Shown here: in pieces, positions 28,029 to 38,746 of the stretch
How the letters are laid out: every line of letters starts with the position of its first letter
Numbering within the stretch: position 1 is the first letter of the stretch
Notes under the pieces: generated by a model
The model's database searches: none
What the model was told of the DNA's origin: nothing
Seen by the model: the letters and a program-made list of their open reading frames with translations, nothing else
Origin: Acidobacteriota bacterium
GTDB taxonomy: Bacteria; Acidobacteriota; CAIWXX01
Length of the DNA stretch: 64,000 nt
Direction: 5' to 3'
NCBI GenBank assembly: GCA_040755995.1
Contig: JBFMAF010000029.1
Location: 1-64,000, forward strand
Program-made: the position numbers and the translations under genes

Positions 28029-31000
28029 TCATTGATGAACCTCCGAGAGGGGAGGAGACGCTGCGTCGATCTGGCTCAGCAGCTCTTCGTCCGTGTAGTG
28101 CAGCAGCGAGATGGCGGAGGTCGGGCAGACGGAGTTGCAGAGGCCGTCGCCCTTGCAGAGCACCGGATTGACTCTTGCCTTCTTGCCCTGCGGCGTGTCG
28201 TAGAACTCGATGGCGCCGTATGCGCAAACCGAGATGCATGCGCCGCACGACACGCAATCACGCTCGCGCACGGTGCAGACGGAGCCCGATGCTGTGACCG
28301 TGTCCTGCGAGAGAAGTGTCACGGCGCGCCCGGCGGCTCCGAATGCCTGGCTCAGCGCCTCCGATATGTGCTTCGGATAGTGAGCGATCCCGCACAAATA
28401 CACGCCGTCGGCGGCGAAGTCGACGGGCCTCAGCTTGACGTGGGCTTCCTGGAAGAAGCCATCCGGCCCCGTGGCCACCTTGAAAAGACGCGCGACCTCG
28501 TGGGTCCCCGCCGAGGGAATGACGGCTACGGAAAGGGCGACGAGATCCGCGTCTATCGCAAGCCTCTGGCCGAGAATGGGATCGGCAACGGTGACGCGCA
28601 GAACGGACCGGCCATCTTCCTCGGCGGCTTCCACCACCGGCTTGTCATCGAACTCGTACCGGACGAACTTCACGTCCCTATCGGCCGCTTCACGATAGTA
28701 GTCTTCGGCGAACCCGTAGGTCCTCATGTCCCTGAACAGGATGTAGATGTCGACCTTCGGGTGCTTCTCTTTCAACTTCAGCGCGTTCTTGATCGCCTGG
28801 CTGCAGCAGATTCTCGCGCAGTAGTTCCTGTCCGCCTGCCTGCATCCCACGCATTGGATCATCACGAGGCTCCGGGACTCGAGGAGCTTCGCATGGCCCC
28901 TTGCGATCTTCTCCTCAAGCTCGAGCTGTGTCATGACCCGGTCGTCTTCTCCGTAGAGGTACTCGGTGGGTCTGTATTCGTCGGCGCCTGTGGCAATGAC
29001 GGTGGTTCCGTGCTTGATCCGTATGAGCCTTCCCTGGGACTGCACCGTAGTCTGGAAACTCCCCACGTAGCCCGCGGCCTCGATGATCGTGGCGTCCGTG
29101 TATACGTGGATCAATCGGTGCCTGTATACCTTGCGCGCGAGATCCCTCACGTAAGCCTGCACATCCAGCCCGTCCAGTGTGTAGTGGATTCTACGCGCCA
29201 TCCCCCCGAGATCCGCATCCTTCTCAACGAGGTAGACCTCGTATCCCTGGTTTGCGATGCTCAGGGCGCTGGTCATTCCGGCGAGGCCTCCACCGACCAC
29301 CAGCGCCTTCTTCGTGACCGGCAGCTTGAATTCCGACAGCGGCTGCAGGTGGCACGATCGAGCGACCGACATCCGGATGATGTCCTTCGCCTTCTGCGTG
29401 GCCCTGTCCTTCTCGCGCGAGTGGACCCAGGAGCAATGCTCGCGGATATTCGCCATGTCGTAGAAATACTGATTGATTCCAGCTTCGCGCAGCGTGTCGC
29501 GGAACAACGGCTCATGCGTCCTCGGCGTGCACGCGGCGACTACCACGCGATTGAGCCCTTTTTCCTTGATCGAGTTCGCCAGTCTCTGGGCGGCATCGGT
29601 GGAGCAGATGAAGAGGCTCTCTTCGGCGTGAACGACGTTGGGCAGGGTTTTCGAATACTCGACCGTGGAAGCAATATCCACCACTCTTCCGATGTTGGCT
29701 CCACAGTGACACACGTACACCCCGACCTTGGCTTCCTCTTCCGAGACATCCCTTTCCGCCGGGTACACCCTGTCTTTCGCCAGCTTCCCACGCCGCGACG
29801 CAAGCAGCTCCCCGCACTGCGAGCCGGCTCCGCTGGCCGTCACGACAGACTCCGGGATATCCATGGGCCCCTGGAAGGCTCCGCTGATGAGAACCCCCGG
29901 GCGAGTCGTCTGCATTGGGTTGACCGGATTGGTCTTGCAGAACCCGTGCGAATCGAGCTCGATGCCGAACGTGGTCGCGAGACCGCGAGCGCCTGCCGGC
30001 GGGTTCATTCCCACGGAAAGCACGACGAGATCGAATTCTTCTTCCTTTATGCCATCGTCGTCCGTGGCGTATCTTATGGTGACGTTCTTGGTTTCCGGGA
30101 TCTCCCTTCCTATCGACACGTAGCTTCTGATGAATCGGATCCCAGGGAGTCTTGCCGCTCGCTGGTAGAACCGCTCGAAGTCCTTGCCGTACGAACGGAC
30201 ATCATTATGGAAGATCGTGCATTGAGCCTCGGCGTCGTGGTCTTTCGTCAGGATCGCCTGTTTCTGGGTATAGGTGCAGCAGACCGACGAGCAATAGCTG
30301 TTGCCGCCCGGGATAACCTGCCTGGAGCCGACGCAGTGGATCCAGGCTATCTTGTGCGGATGTTTCTTGTCGGACGGGCGCAGTATCTCGCCTTCGTGCG
30401 GCCCGGTCGCGCATAGCAGCCGTTCGAAGTCGAGACTGGTGACGACGTTCTCCATCTTTCCATAACCGTAGTCGCCTCTCGGCCTGGGGTCGAACACCTC
30501 GTAGCCCGGACACAGAACGATCGCCCCTACACCGACCTCCACCTTCTCCGGCGTCTGGTTGAAATCGATGGCGCCCTTCTCACAGACCGCCGCGCAGATG
30601 TGGCACTTCTTCTCCTTGAGGTAAAGGCACTTCTCATCGATGTAAGGGACCAGGGGAATAGCCTGGGCGAAGTAGATGTGGATAGCCTTGTTCCGCGATA
30701 GATCCTGGTTGAACGGGTCCGGCACCTGGACCGGGCAGTACGAGACGCAGGTCGTGCAGCCGGCGCACTTGTCCGCTATGACGTACCTGGGCCTCTTCCT
30801 CAGAGTTACCCGAAAATCTCCCGCCTCACCTTCGACCTTGTCGACTTCGGTATACGTCAGGATCTCGATATTCGGATGCCTGTCGCATTCGATGAACTTG
30901 GGAGACTCGATGCACATCGAGCAGTCGTTGGTGGGGAAGGTCTTGTCGAGCTGCGCCATCTTGCCGCCGATCGTCGGCGATTTCTCGACCAGGTAGACCC

Positions 31001-31103
31001 TGTAGCCCGAAGTAGCCAGGTCGAGGGCGGCTTGAATGCCGCTGATCCCACCGCCGACAACCATCACATCCGCGTGGTGTCCAGCAGCAGGCAGCTTTTC
31101 CAT
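28029..31103 (-). CDS. bamE: BamE, HdrA-like flavin/FeS subunit
   Basis: VVGGGISG, LDKTFPTNDCSMC, two CVGxR/YC..CC modules, a second VVGGGLAG, FFQEAHVKLRP and ferredoxin motifs. Confidence 0.9.
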   Translation of the reverse strand: MEKLPAAGHHADVMVVGGGISGIQAALDLATSGYRVYLVEKSPTIGGKMAQLDKTFPTNDCSMCIESPKFIECDRHPNIEILTYTEVDKVEGEAGDFRVTLRKRPRYVIADKCAGCTTCVSYCPVQVPDPFNQDLSRNKAIHIYFAQAIPLVPYIDEKCLYLKEKKCHICAAVCEKGAIDFNQTPEKVEVGVGAIVLCPGYEVFDPRPRGDYGYGKMENVVTSLDFERLLCATGPHEGEILRPSDKKHPHKIAWIHCVGSRQVIPGGNSYCSSVCCTYTQKQAILTKDHDAEAQCTIFHNDVRSYGKDFERFYQRAARLPGIRFIRSYVSIGREIPETKNVTIRYATDDDGIKEEEFDLVVLSVGMNPPAGARGLATTFGIELDSHGFCKTNPVNPMQTTRPGVLISGAFQGPMDIPESVVTASGAGSQCGELLASRRGKLAKDRVYPAERDVSEEEAKVGVYVCHCGANIGRVVDIASTVEYSKTLPNVVHAEESLFICSTDAAQRLANSIKEKGLNRVVVAACTPRTHEPLFRDTLREAGINQYFYDMANIREHCSWVHSREKDRATQKAKDIIRMSVARSCHLQPLSEFKLPVTKKALVVGGGLAGMTSALSIANQGYEVYLVEKDADLGGMARRIHYTLDGLDVQAYVRDLARKVYRHRLIHVYTDATIIEAAGYVGSFQTTVQSQGRLIRIKHGTTVIATGADEYRPTEYLYGEDDRVMTQLELEEKIARGHAKLLESRSLVMIQCVGCRQADRNYCARICCSQAIKNALKLKEKHPKVDIYILFRDMRTYGFAEDYYREAADRDVKFVRYEFDDKPVVEAAEEDGRSVLRVTVADPILGQRLAIDADLVALSVAVIPSAGTHEVARLFKVATGPDGFFQEAHVKLRPVDFAADGVYLCGIAHYPKHISEALSQAFGAAGRAVTLLSQDTVTASGSVCTVRERDCVSCGACISVCAYGAIEFYDTPQGKKARVNPVLCKGDGLCNSVCPTSAISLLHYTDEELLSQIDAASPPLSEVHQ

Positions 31104-31141
31104 GCCATTCCTGAGATCGGTTCCGGAGGTCGTCTGCCTGT

Positions 31142-32293
31142 TCAAATCGCTTCCTGAACTATCTCGGTGATGTCCTTGATGCTGATGGTAGCATCGTCGC
31201 CGAGGCTCAACCGGCCCTCCTCGAACATCGTGATGCAGTACGGACAGGAAGTCGCCAGAACCTCGGCACCGGCATCTGCGGCTTGCTGGAGTCTGATATC
31301 GGAGAACCTCTCCCCCTTGGGCGTGTCCATCCAGATCCTTCCGCCACCCCCGCCGCAACAGAGGCTGTCCCGTCGCGAGGATGCCATCTCGACCAGTTCC
31401 AGGCCGGGGATCTTCTTCAAGACCTCCCGGGGCTCGTCATAGATGCCATTGTGCCGGCCCAGGTAGCACGGGTCATGGTATGTCACCTTCTTCCGGCAGT
31501 CTCCGGTGAGTTGGAGCCTTCCCTTCCTGATGAGCTCGGAGATGTACTGGGAGATGTGGACGATCTCGAAGTTCACCATGAATTCCGGATACTCGTTCTT
31601 GAACGTGTGGTAGCAGTGAGGAGAGGATACAATGATTTTCTTCACCCCGCTATCTATGAACGTCTTGATGTTCTCCTTCGCCAACGTCCTGAAGACTTTC
31701 TCGGCGCCGGTCTTCCTGATGCTTTCTCCGCAGCAGTTCTCCTTCTCGCCCAGAATCCCGAAGTCCACCCCGGCCTTGTCGAGGATTCTGGAGGTCGCGA
31801 CAGCGACCTTCTTGAGCCTCGGGTCGTAGCTGAAGTAGCACCCGACGAAGTAGAGAACCTCCATCCCCTCTTCGAACGGCCTCACCGGCAAACCCTTCGC
31901 CCAGTCGGCCCGATTCTTGCGCGCCTCGTTCAGCGGGTTGCCTGCGTCGAGAAGGCTGGCCCTAGCGCCGCGCGCGGAACGGGCTGACGATGGGAACACG
32001 TCGTATTTCGAAGCGACCCGGCGCAGGGCTACTCCGAGCTCGATCTGGTCCACCCCCCTCGGGCACTGCTGCGGGCAGTTCCCGCAGGTCGTGCAGCGCC
32101 ATATGTCGTCACTTTCGATCTGACTCAGACCAAACGAAGCCTCGCGAATGATCTTCCGTATGCTGAACTTCGTGACCCGATTCCACGGGCAGACGACGTC
32201 GCACTTTCCGCACTGGTAGCAGAACTTGTGGGCGACACCCCCGGCCTCTCGGATCTCTTCCACCGTTTCCGGGAACGGGGCGACTGTTTCCAC
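31142..32293 (-). CDS. bamD: BamD, HdrC/B-like (4Fe-4S + CCG domains)
   Basis: CYQCGKC, CTTCGNC, CCGE, YHDPCYLGR, CCGGGGG. Confidence 0.88.
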   Translation of the reverse strand: METVAPFPETVEEIREAGGVAHKFCYQCGKCDVVCPWNRVTKFSIRKIIREASFGLSQIESDDIWRCTTCGNCPQQCPRGVDQIELGVALRRVASKYDVFPSSARSARGARASLLDAGNPLNEARKNRADWAKGLPVRPFEEGMEVLYFVGCYFSYDPRLKKVAVATSRILDKAGVDFGILGEKENCCGESIRKTGAEKVFRTLAKENIKTFIDSGVKKIIVSSPHCYHTFKNEYPEFMVNFEIVHISQYISELIRKGRLQLTGDCRKKVTYHDPCYLGRHNGIYDEPREVLKKIPGLELVEMASSRRDSLCCGGGGGRIWMDTPKGERFSDIRLQQAADAGAEVLATSCPYCITMFEEGRLSLGDDATISIKDITEIVQEAI

Positions 32294-32328
32294 GGCTCTC
32301 TACTTCTCTAGCGAACCTGCGGCAGCCT

Positions 32329-32360
32329 ATTCCGCATTCCGCATTCCGCATTCCGCATTC
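32329..32360. repeat. heptamer tandem repeat (ATTCCGC) x4.5
   Basis: Directly visible between bamC and bamD. Confidence 0.95.
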
Positions 32361-32365
32361 TGGGT

Positions 32366-32920
32366 CTAGCCCTTCTTCGAGATCCGGGCGAGGGTGTCCA
32401 TGATCTTCTGCACACCGTACTTGTTCATCAGCGATTCCAGCCCTGCCTCCATCTCGTCCTGGCTCCCTTCTTCTGCTGCTACTTCCTCCTCCCGCTCTTC
32501 ATAGACCAGGGCGTCGTTCAGGCACCACTGGACGCACATCGGCTCCGCCAGCGGCGGATCGCTTTCGCACATGTCGCATTTCAACGGAAGGCCGGAATCT
32601 GGCTCTTTGAATATCGGCCTCGATGAACACGACGCCCTGCAGAAGCTGCACTCGTCGTATTCCTTCCCGTCGATCACGTACTTGTCCCTTCCGGCGCACT
32701 CGGCCGGAGCGTACTCGCCTGCGTAGACGGGAACGTATATGTCCCGCAGCGGCTCGCGGATCACCCGGATTCTCGATCGTTCCGGATTGCTGCTGCTGTA
32801 TTTCGGCGAGGCGTGGAAGGCCGAGCAGATCACTTCGCACGCGCGGCAACCGTTGCACTTGTCTACGTCGACTTTGATCGTCTTGACCGTTTTCGTTCTT
32901 GTCTCGACCTTCATGGTCAC
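32366..32920 (-). CDS. bamC: BamC, 4Fe-4S subunit
   Basis: CNGCRACEVIC, ECSFCRASC, KCDMC..CVQWC; overlaps the bamB stop. Confidence 0.9.
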   Translation of the reverse strand: MTMKVETRTKTVKTIKVDVDKCNGCRACEVICSAFHASPKYSSSNPERSRIRVIREPLRDIYVPVYAGEYAPAECAGRDKYVIDGKEYDECSFCRASCSSRPIFKEPDSGLPLKCDMCESDPPLAEPMCVQWCLNDALVYEEREEEVAAEEGSQDEMEAGLESLMNKYGVQKIMDTLARISKKG

Positions 32921-34920
32921 TTCCGATCTGCCGCGGCGTTCTGCGCGGAAGGAGCCCCGCTATCGCCCGTCAATATGCCCCGTTTCAGCAAGTCCTCGGC
33001 GACGTAACCCAGTCCCAGCTCGTTCAAGCACTTCTCGGTGGGAACGCCCTGGTCGTTCCAGCCCTTGAATTTGTAGTACTCGTCCAGCAGCTTCTCCTCG
33101 AGCTCGGGGAATCGTTTCTTCCAGTGGTCTTCCGGAGGCCGATCGTCCTTCCTCGTCAGGCCTCTTCTATTGTTTATGGCCCTGAGGAGGGTGCGGTTCC
33201 TCTTGGTTACCTGCGTCAAGCCGGCCTCGTCAATGGCGATCCCGGCGGCCGAGGAGATCACGGCCGGGTAGTTGTGTATATGGTAGGGCGGCTTCAGAGG
33301 AAACGATGACAGGCCGGCGCAGACGCCCAGGGCGTCGTCGATATAGTGCATCTTCTCCTGCCAGTCCACGATTTCGCAGCACATCTCGACGGTCGGGTAA
33401 TTCGGAATCGAGCGTTCGCCGCGCAGTTCCCAATCCAGCAGATACTGCTTGAACTTCTCGTCGGGAACTTGGATCCAGTCTCTTACGAACTCCTCCCTCT
33501 CCTCCTTCGTCGCGAAAGGCGCCTGCGGGAACTGCCCCTCGATCTGGGTGATGTTCGCTTTTTCGCCCGTGGCGTACATGAGGAAATAGATCGGATTCAG
33601 CATTCCCAGCTTGAGCGGCAGCTGCTCGTGTTTCTTGATCGTGTTGTGAGCGTACTGCTCGGCGCCCTTGCCGATCGTCTGAGCAGCCCAGTACGTGCCG
33701 TTGGCCAGGACGTCCCCGATTCCTTCCCGGCGGACGATCCTGTCGAGCAGCCAGTAGAACTTCTCCTCGTTCTCGGACGGCATTCCCGCCAAATCATCGG
33801 CGCTCAGGATGCCGGCATCGTGCAGCTCGAGGGCGAATGCCATGACTTGCGGGGCCGAGTACGCGTCAACTCCGTATTCGGTGGCACGCTGAGCGATCCT
33901 GAAACCGAAATCCAGGTCGGAATAGGCTGCCATCGTGTACGTCAGCTTGGAGAAGCATTTCATCATGTAGGTCGAGAGCCCCGGCACCGAAATCGTCGCC
34001 CCGCATTTCATCGGGCAGTTGTAGCAGCTGATCAGCCTCTTCCTGACTTTTTCCTGGGTCCCTGCCCACTTCTGCTCTATTTCCTTCGTCCAGAAATCCT
34101 TCCGCCGGGTGCGGGAGTTCCCCCACATGAAATTGGTGGTGTGCCATTCCTCGTCGACGAGTTTCATCTCTTGCGGTGAGCCCAGCCCGGCCAGAATGGG
34201 CATCACACCGGGAATCGGTTTCTGCTCTCGCAGCGCGATGTATCGCAGCACTTCGTTGCAGAGATCCATGAGCTCCGCCGGGCGGGCAACGTTGAGGTCC
34301 TGCGTTCCCCGAACGGCGATGGCCTTCAGCCTCTTGTCACCCATTACGGCGCCGATCCCCAGCCGGCTCGCACTGGCCCTCCCGTGCTCGATCGAAGCGA
34401 AATAGACCCTGTTCTCGCCCGCGAGTCCGATCGCCGCCACCTGGGCCTTCGGTTCCTTCAACTCCTGCCGAATGAGCTCAGCGGTTTCGATCGCGCCCTT
34501 GCCGTGAAGGTGAGATGCGTCGCGTATCTCCACCTTGTCGTTGTCGATCCACAAGTAGACCAGCTCGGGGGATTTCCCGCGAATGACGACCTTGTCATAT
34601 CCGGCGTGCTTCAACTCGGGCGCCCAGAAGCCCCCCATCATCGAGTAGCCCATCAGCAGAGTCTGGGGGGAATACGTGGAAACGATGGTGCGATTGGCAC
34701 CGGGAACGGGCGTGCCGGCCAGCAGGCCGGCGGCGAATATCAGCAGGTTGTCCGGAGAGAAGGGTTCGACTTCGGGAGGGACCCTGTCCCAGAGCATCCT
34801 GGCGTTGGTTCCCAGCCCTCCCAGGTGAAGCTCGGTCAGCTCCGGATCGCTCTCCACCCGTTCGATGTTGCCCCTCGTAAGATCGATTTCCAGATTGAAC
34901 CCTGTCTCTGCGAACCTCAT
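32917..34920 (-). CDS. bamB: BamB, tungstopterin catalytic subunit of class II benzoyl-CoA reductase (AOR family)
   Basis: MRFAETG..GGFWAPELK..GAVMGDK..CYNCPMKC..YMMKCFSKLTY..TQIEGQFPQ..CAGLSSFPLKPPY, which I recognise as BamB-type; bamC-I gene order supports it. Confidence 0.92.
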   Translation of the reverse strand: MRFAETGFNLEIDLTRGNIERVESDPELTELHLGGLGTNARMLWDRVPPEVEPFSPDNLLIFAAGLLAGTPVPGANRTIVSTYSPQTLLMGYSMMGGFWAPELKHAGYDKVVIRGKSPELVYLWIDNDKVEIRDASHLHGKGAIETAELIRQELKEPKAQVAAIGLAGENRVYFASIEHGRASASRLGIGAVMGDKRLKAIAVRGTQDLNVARPAELMDLCNEVLRYIALREQKPIPGVMPILAGLGSPQEMKLVDEEWHTTNFMWGNSRTRRKDFWTKEIEQKWAGTQEKVRKRLISCYNCPMKCGATISVPGLSTYMMKCFSKLTYTMAAYSDLDFGFRIAQRATEYGVDAYSAPQVMAFALELHDAGILSADDLAGMPSENEEKFYWLLDRIVRREGIGDVLANGTYWAAQTIGKGAEQYAHNTIKKHEQLPLKLGMLNPIYFLMYATGEKANITQIEGQFPQAPFATKEEREEFVRDWIQVPDEKFKQYLLDWELRGERSIPNYPTVEMCCEIVDWQEKMHYIDDALGVCAGLSSFPLKPPYHIHNYPAVISSAAGIAIDEAGLTQVTKRNRTLLRAINNRRGLTRKDDRPPEDHWKKRFPELEEKLLDEYYKFKGWNDQGVPTEKCLNELGLGYVAEDLLKRGILTGDSGAPSAQNAAADRK

Positions 34921-35060
34921 GGTCTTCCTTCTTGCATGGCCCGGATCGGTCATTCCGGCCGGCTTCGAAAACTGACCGGAAATCAACCTTGGTCAGTATA
35001 TCAGAAGCCTGAGCGGGCGACAAGAGAGAGAGCGCGCCCCCGCGCCCCCCGTTCCCGGGT

Positions 35061-35486
35061 CTAGTCTCTGCTCGCTTGTTGGTCTCCCAGTTCTCGCAAG
35101 AAGTCGGCCGCCCTGACGATCTTGATCTTGCCGTGGTGACCCATCGGGAGCAGATGCCGTTCATCTCCTGATACGATGTGCGATGCGGCACCCTCGAGTG
35201 CGCACTCGATCACCTTGTCGTCGTCCGGGTCAGCGCTGACCACCCGGACGGTCCCGGTGACGGGGATGACGTGCAGAAAGCCGAGGAGATCCGCGACAGC
35301 TTCCGCACTGTCAGAGTACGAAAACCTCAATTTACTTCGCAGCTTCTCGTCCAGCTCCTCCAGGATCTCCCTGCACGTCAGGCCGGTGACGATGCGCGCA
35401 CGCGAAGCCTCGAGACACTCGTAGGGGTTGCCCCGCCAACCGATCGCAGAGAACAGTATGTTGGTGTCGAAGACGGCTACGAGCAT
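35061..35486 (-). CDS. PIN-family toxin
   Basis: VFDTNILFSA..DPDDDKVIECA..IVSGD.RHLL. Confidence 0.9.
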   Translation of the reverse strand: MLVAVFDTNILFSAIGWRGNPYECLEASRARIVTGLTCREILEELDEKLRSKLRFSYSDSAEAVADLLGFLHVIPVTGTVRVVSADPDDDKVIECALEGAASHIVSGDERHLLPMGHHGKIKIVRAADFLRELGDQQASRD

Positions 35487-35728
35487 CGCCGGTCTTCGTG
35501 CACGAGATCGTCCACCAGTCTCTGGCGCTCGTCGTCGCTCATCGTCTCCCAGTCGAGACCGCGCTCAGCGGCATTGCGGCGCAGCTGAGCCTCAGCCAGC
35601 GCCATTCGGGACTCACGGCGTGCGCGTGCGTCATCGGCCAGTCTGAGAAGAACGGCGCGCTTTAACTCCGGGCGCAGATGATCTATCAGTTCAAGGACCT
35701 GTTCCTCGGACAGCTCCAAGACCGCCAT
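35477..35728 (-). CDS. putative antitoxin
   Basis: Small acidic ORF overlapping the PIN gene start. Confidence 0.7.
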   Translation of the reverse strand: MAVLELSEEQVLELIDHLRPELKRAVLLRLADDARARRESRMALAEAQLRRNAAERGLDWETMSDDERQRLVDDLVHEDRRCS

Positions 35729-35902
35729 CTTCCCTCTCCTGTTCAACCGATTCTAGCACACATGCGGATCGAGTTGTGCTTGAACCCGCGTTGGCGCCTT
35801 GGTACGCTGCTCAAGATCCTTCGGGGCCCCAGCTTCCTGATGTACGCGAGGTCGAGGATCACGATCACGAGAAAGCAGCGGTGTGTGGTATAATGACCCG
35901 AA

Positions 35903-36502
35903 ATGCATTCGAGTCAGAACGGGCGGGCCAACAGGATCGACAAGCGCGACAACATCCTCAAGGCGGCCTGGGGCCTCATCCGGCACTATGGCTACAACAA
36001 GACCACGATCGACGATATCGCCAAGGGCGCCGGCGTGGCCAAAGGGACGGTGTATCTGTATTTCCGCTCGAAGGCCGAGATCATGCTGGCCCTCACCGAG
36101 CTCACCAACGACCGCATCGCGGCCGAGCTCGAGCGCATCGCGCGGGGTCCGGGCTCGCCCGAGGAGCGCCTGCGCGCGTGCCTCATGCACCGCATTCTCA
36201 CGCTATATGACATCGTGGAGAAATACCCGCACGGCTCCGATGTCATCAGCTCCATGCTGCCGCAGATCGTGGACCGGCTCGACCGCTACGTCCGCGCCCA
36301 TGGCGTGCTGCTCGCCGGCATCCTGCGCGAGGGCGTCGAGTCCGGCGAGATGAGCGTCGAGAACCCCGAAGGCACGGGCCGCCTCCTGGCGGAGCTCTTC
36401 GAGTTCCTCACGCCGCCCTACTACCGGTTCAAGACTCGACGCAGCCTCGAGAAGTTCGCCGGCGAGACGCTGGACCTGGTCCTCGTGGGCCTGCGCGCAT
36501 AG
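35903..36502 (+). CDS. TetR/AcrR-family regulator
   Basis: GYNKTTIDDIAKGAGVAKGTVYLYFRSK. Confidence 0.95.
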   Translation: MHSSQNGRANRIDKRDNILKAAWGLIRHYGYNKTTIDDIAKGAGVAKGTVYLYFRSKAEIMLALTELTNDRIAAELERIARGPGSPEERLRACLMHRILTLYDIVEKYPHGSDVISSMLPQIVDRLDRYVRAHGVLLAGILREGVESGEMSVENPEGTGRLLAELFEFLTPPYYRFKTRRSLEKFAGETLDLVLVGLRA

Positions 36503-36673
36503 AACTCCCGAGTCTCACGTGGCAGCGCATCCCGACGCGGGGAGTCGCCTGCCTTGGCCAGCGCATCGCGACGATTCGCATGCGCAAGGCGCTGACCGGC
36601 GGAGCCTCGGCTGGCTCCGCCGGCCCTGCCGGGCCGTCCAGGATCATTCGATCGCCTGGACGGCTTTTTGTCC

Positions 36674-38746
36674 TCAATACACGACGTTGTTGTCTGGACG
36701 CCGGGAGATGTCGTATCCCGGCGCGTAGAACCCTGACGAGTCTACTGTTGGGGGCGAGTTGTCCCAGGTGTTGCCCACAGCGTATATGACGGCTCCCACC
36801 GCCATGTTGCGTACGTTGTTCCCGTACAAGATGCCGTTGTTCGTCCCGTAGGGAACAGCGGTGGTCGGGCTCCACAGGTTGTGAAAGACGTTCCCACCGG
36901 GGCTCGTGGTCGTTCCGAGGTCATAGGTCCCTTGAAACCACACCATGACGCCGGCATAGGTGTGTTCGCTCACGGTGGTATCCCTCATAGTGAGTGTAGC
37001 TCCGGCGACGTCACACGTGCAGCCGTACATGTATCCCTTCACCGTGCAGCGGTTCAGGCTGAGGACTCCCGCCGCTATGGGCACGGCTTCCGCGCCATTC
37101 TGCGTCATCAGGCTTCCAAGCAGCGTCCCCAACCAGTTGAAGCTGAGAGTGCAGTCTTGCAACGACGCCGATCCTGCATCTCCGACCGTAACCGCCCCTC
37201 CGCCGATAGGAACACCTCGGAGATCCGTAGTCGCGGCAGGACCCCCTCCGCCGAAGTTGGAAATCCTGCAGTCGGTCAGGCTGACCGAGGCAAAGGTGAC
37301 ATAAACACCGACCCCGCCACCTCCAACGAGCGCCAGCGAGCTGAGACTGGTGTTGTCACCCGGAACTACGCAGACGCCGTAGGCCGTCGGTATGGGAATC
37401 GACGCGGTAGGAGGGACATAGGAGCCGGCGCCCGCAATGTACGTCTTCTTCATCCCGGCCCCACGCAACGCCACGCCGTCCGGAACGAAGAGCGGGAACG
37501 TCTCTCCGGAGTCGGCCTCGTAGAACCCGGGGGCGACCGACACCGTCCATCCGCTGGTCGCTACAGACAACCCCTTCGTGATCGTCTCGTATGGGTTCTC
37601 AAAGCTGCCGTCGCCGGTCGTGTCGCTGCCGCGGTCCTGATCCACATAGATTGTGTTGGCGGCGCCGCCGACCGTCACCGTCACGCTGTCCGACTCGGAA
37701 TGCCCTCTCCTGTCTTTTACGACGATCTTGTAGGTCGTGGTCGAGGTGGGCTGCACCATTAGTGATCCATTCACCGGAACACTGCCTATGCCGTTATCGA
37801 TCGACGCAGAGACGGCCCTCTGCGATGTCCACTCCAGTGTCGCCGTCCCACCCTCGGCGATTGTCGCCGGAGTCGCCGATATGATCACGGAAAGAGCCGC
37901 ATTCCCCAGAAGCTGCCTGATGACGTCGGTCGCCAGCTGCTTCAAGTTTGTCCGGACAGCCGACCCGATGTCGCTGTCGGGCAGATCGACCAGAGTGTTG
38001 ATGAACTGCTTCATCTTGAAGATGGCCCGCCGCACGTTGTGCGCATCGTATGCCTTCTCGGATGCCCGGACGTATCGCCGCAGTTCTGTCTTGGCCCCGG
38101 CGTCCATGGACGCGCCGCGCAGGGCGTCTTTGAGCTCGCTGTAGTCAACCAGGGGAGGTCCCGTGGTGTCGAAGAGCGGACCGCGGAGTGACGAGCCGCC
38201 GGCCTTCGTCGTGGCCGGCAGGAACCGGCCATCACCCAGCCCGCGGGCCCGCGAGATGGACCTGTCAAACAGGTTGGCCGTTGATACGTCGGGCCTTCCA
38301 TCGCCGTCGAAATCTCGCACCGACAGCTCGACGGGACCGTCTCCGATCCGGATGACCGTCCGATGCCTGTAGGAACCATCCGCCATGGCCACGTAGACGT
38401 CGACCTTCGACCTCAAGAAATCCGCGACTGCCAGATCGAGCGCCCCGTCGGCGTCGAAATCAGCCGCCGCCACGTCGGAGACTGCCCCCAGTACTGGCAA
38501 CGCAAGCGTGCTTTCTGAGGTTACGATGTAGACTCTGTCCCACATGAAGTTCGACGTCGCGCGTGCGGCGAGATCTGGCTGACCACGGGCCTCTGCGCGA
38601 TCGGCCGGTCCGGCCAGCTGAGCCGAGTGTGCATCGGACCACACGCCCGTGAACTCGGGAGGTTGCGTTGCGTGGAGCGGGCAGGCGAACAAGGCGACGA
38701 CCGCCCACGCCGTGCTCCAGCGGAGATCTGGACGATGCCATCTCAT
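36674..38746 (-). CDS. secreted multidomain protein: FG-GAP repeats, Ig-like domain, DUF1565 beta-helix
   Basis: Signal peptide; DFDADG.LDL and DFDGDG.PDV; IYVD..GSD..GDGS..PY.TIT. Confidence 0.8.
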   Translation of the reverse strand: MRWHRPDLRWSTAWAVVALFACPLHATQPPEFTGVWSDAHSAQLAGPADRAEARGQPDLAARATSNFMWDRVYIVTSESTLALPVLGAVSDVAAADFDADGALDLAVADFLRSKVDVYVAMADGSYRHRTVIRIGDGPVELSVRDFDGDGRPDVSTANLFDRSISRARGLGDGRFLPATTKAGGSSLRGPLFDTTGPPLVDYSELKDALRGASMDAGAKTELRRYVRASEKAYDAHNVRRAIFKMKQFINTLVDLPDSDIGSAVRTNLKQLATDVIRQLLGNAALSVIISATPATIAEGGTATLEWTSQRAVSASIDNGIGSVPVNGSLMVQPTSTTTYKIVVKDRRGHSESDSVTVTVGGAANTIYVDQDRGSDTTGDGSFENPYETITKGLSVATSGWTVSVAPGFYEADSGETFPLFVPDGVALRGAGMKKTYIAGAGSYVPPTASIPIPTAYGVCVVPGDNTSLSSLALVGGGGVGVYVTFASVSLTDCRISNFGGGGPAATTDLRGVPIGGGAVTVGDAGSASLQDCTLSFNWLGTLLGSLMTQNGAEAVPIAAGVLSLNRCTVKGYMYGCTCDVAGATLTMRDTTVSEHTYAGVMVWFQGTYDLGTTTSPGGNVFHNLWSPTTAVPYGTNNGILYGNNVRNMAVGAVIYAVGNTWDNSPPTVDSSGFYAPGYDISRRPDNNVVY

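Noticed and set aside
27717..30416. 899-aa plus-strand ORF
   Set aside because: Antisense shadow of bamE/bamF in GC-rich DNA; no motifs.
31104..31358. N-terminal extension of BamE in the ORF track
   Set aside because: Overlaps bamD in another frame; HdrA similarity starts just after ATG 31103.
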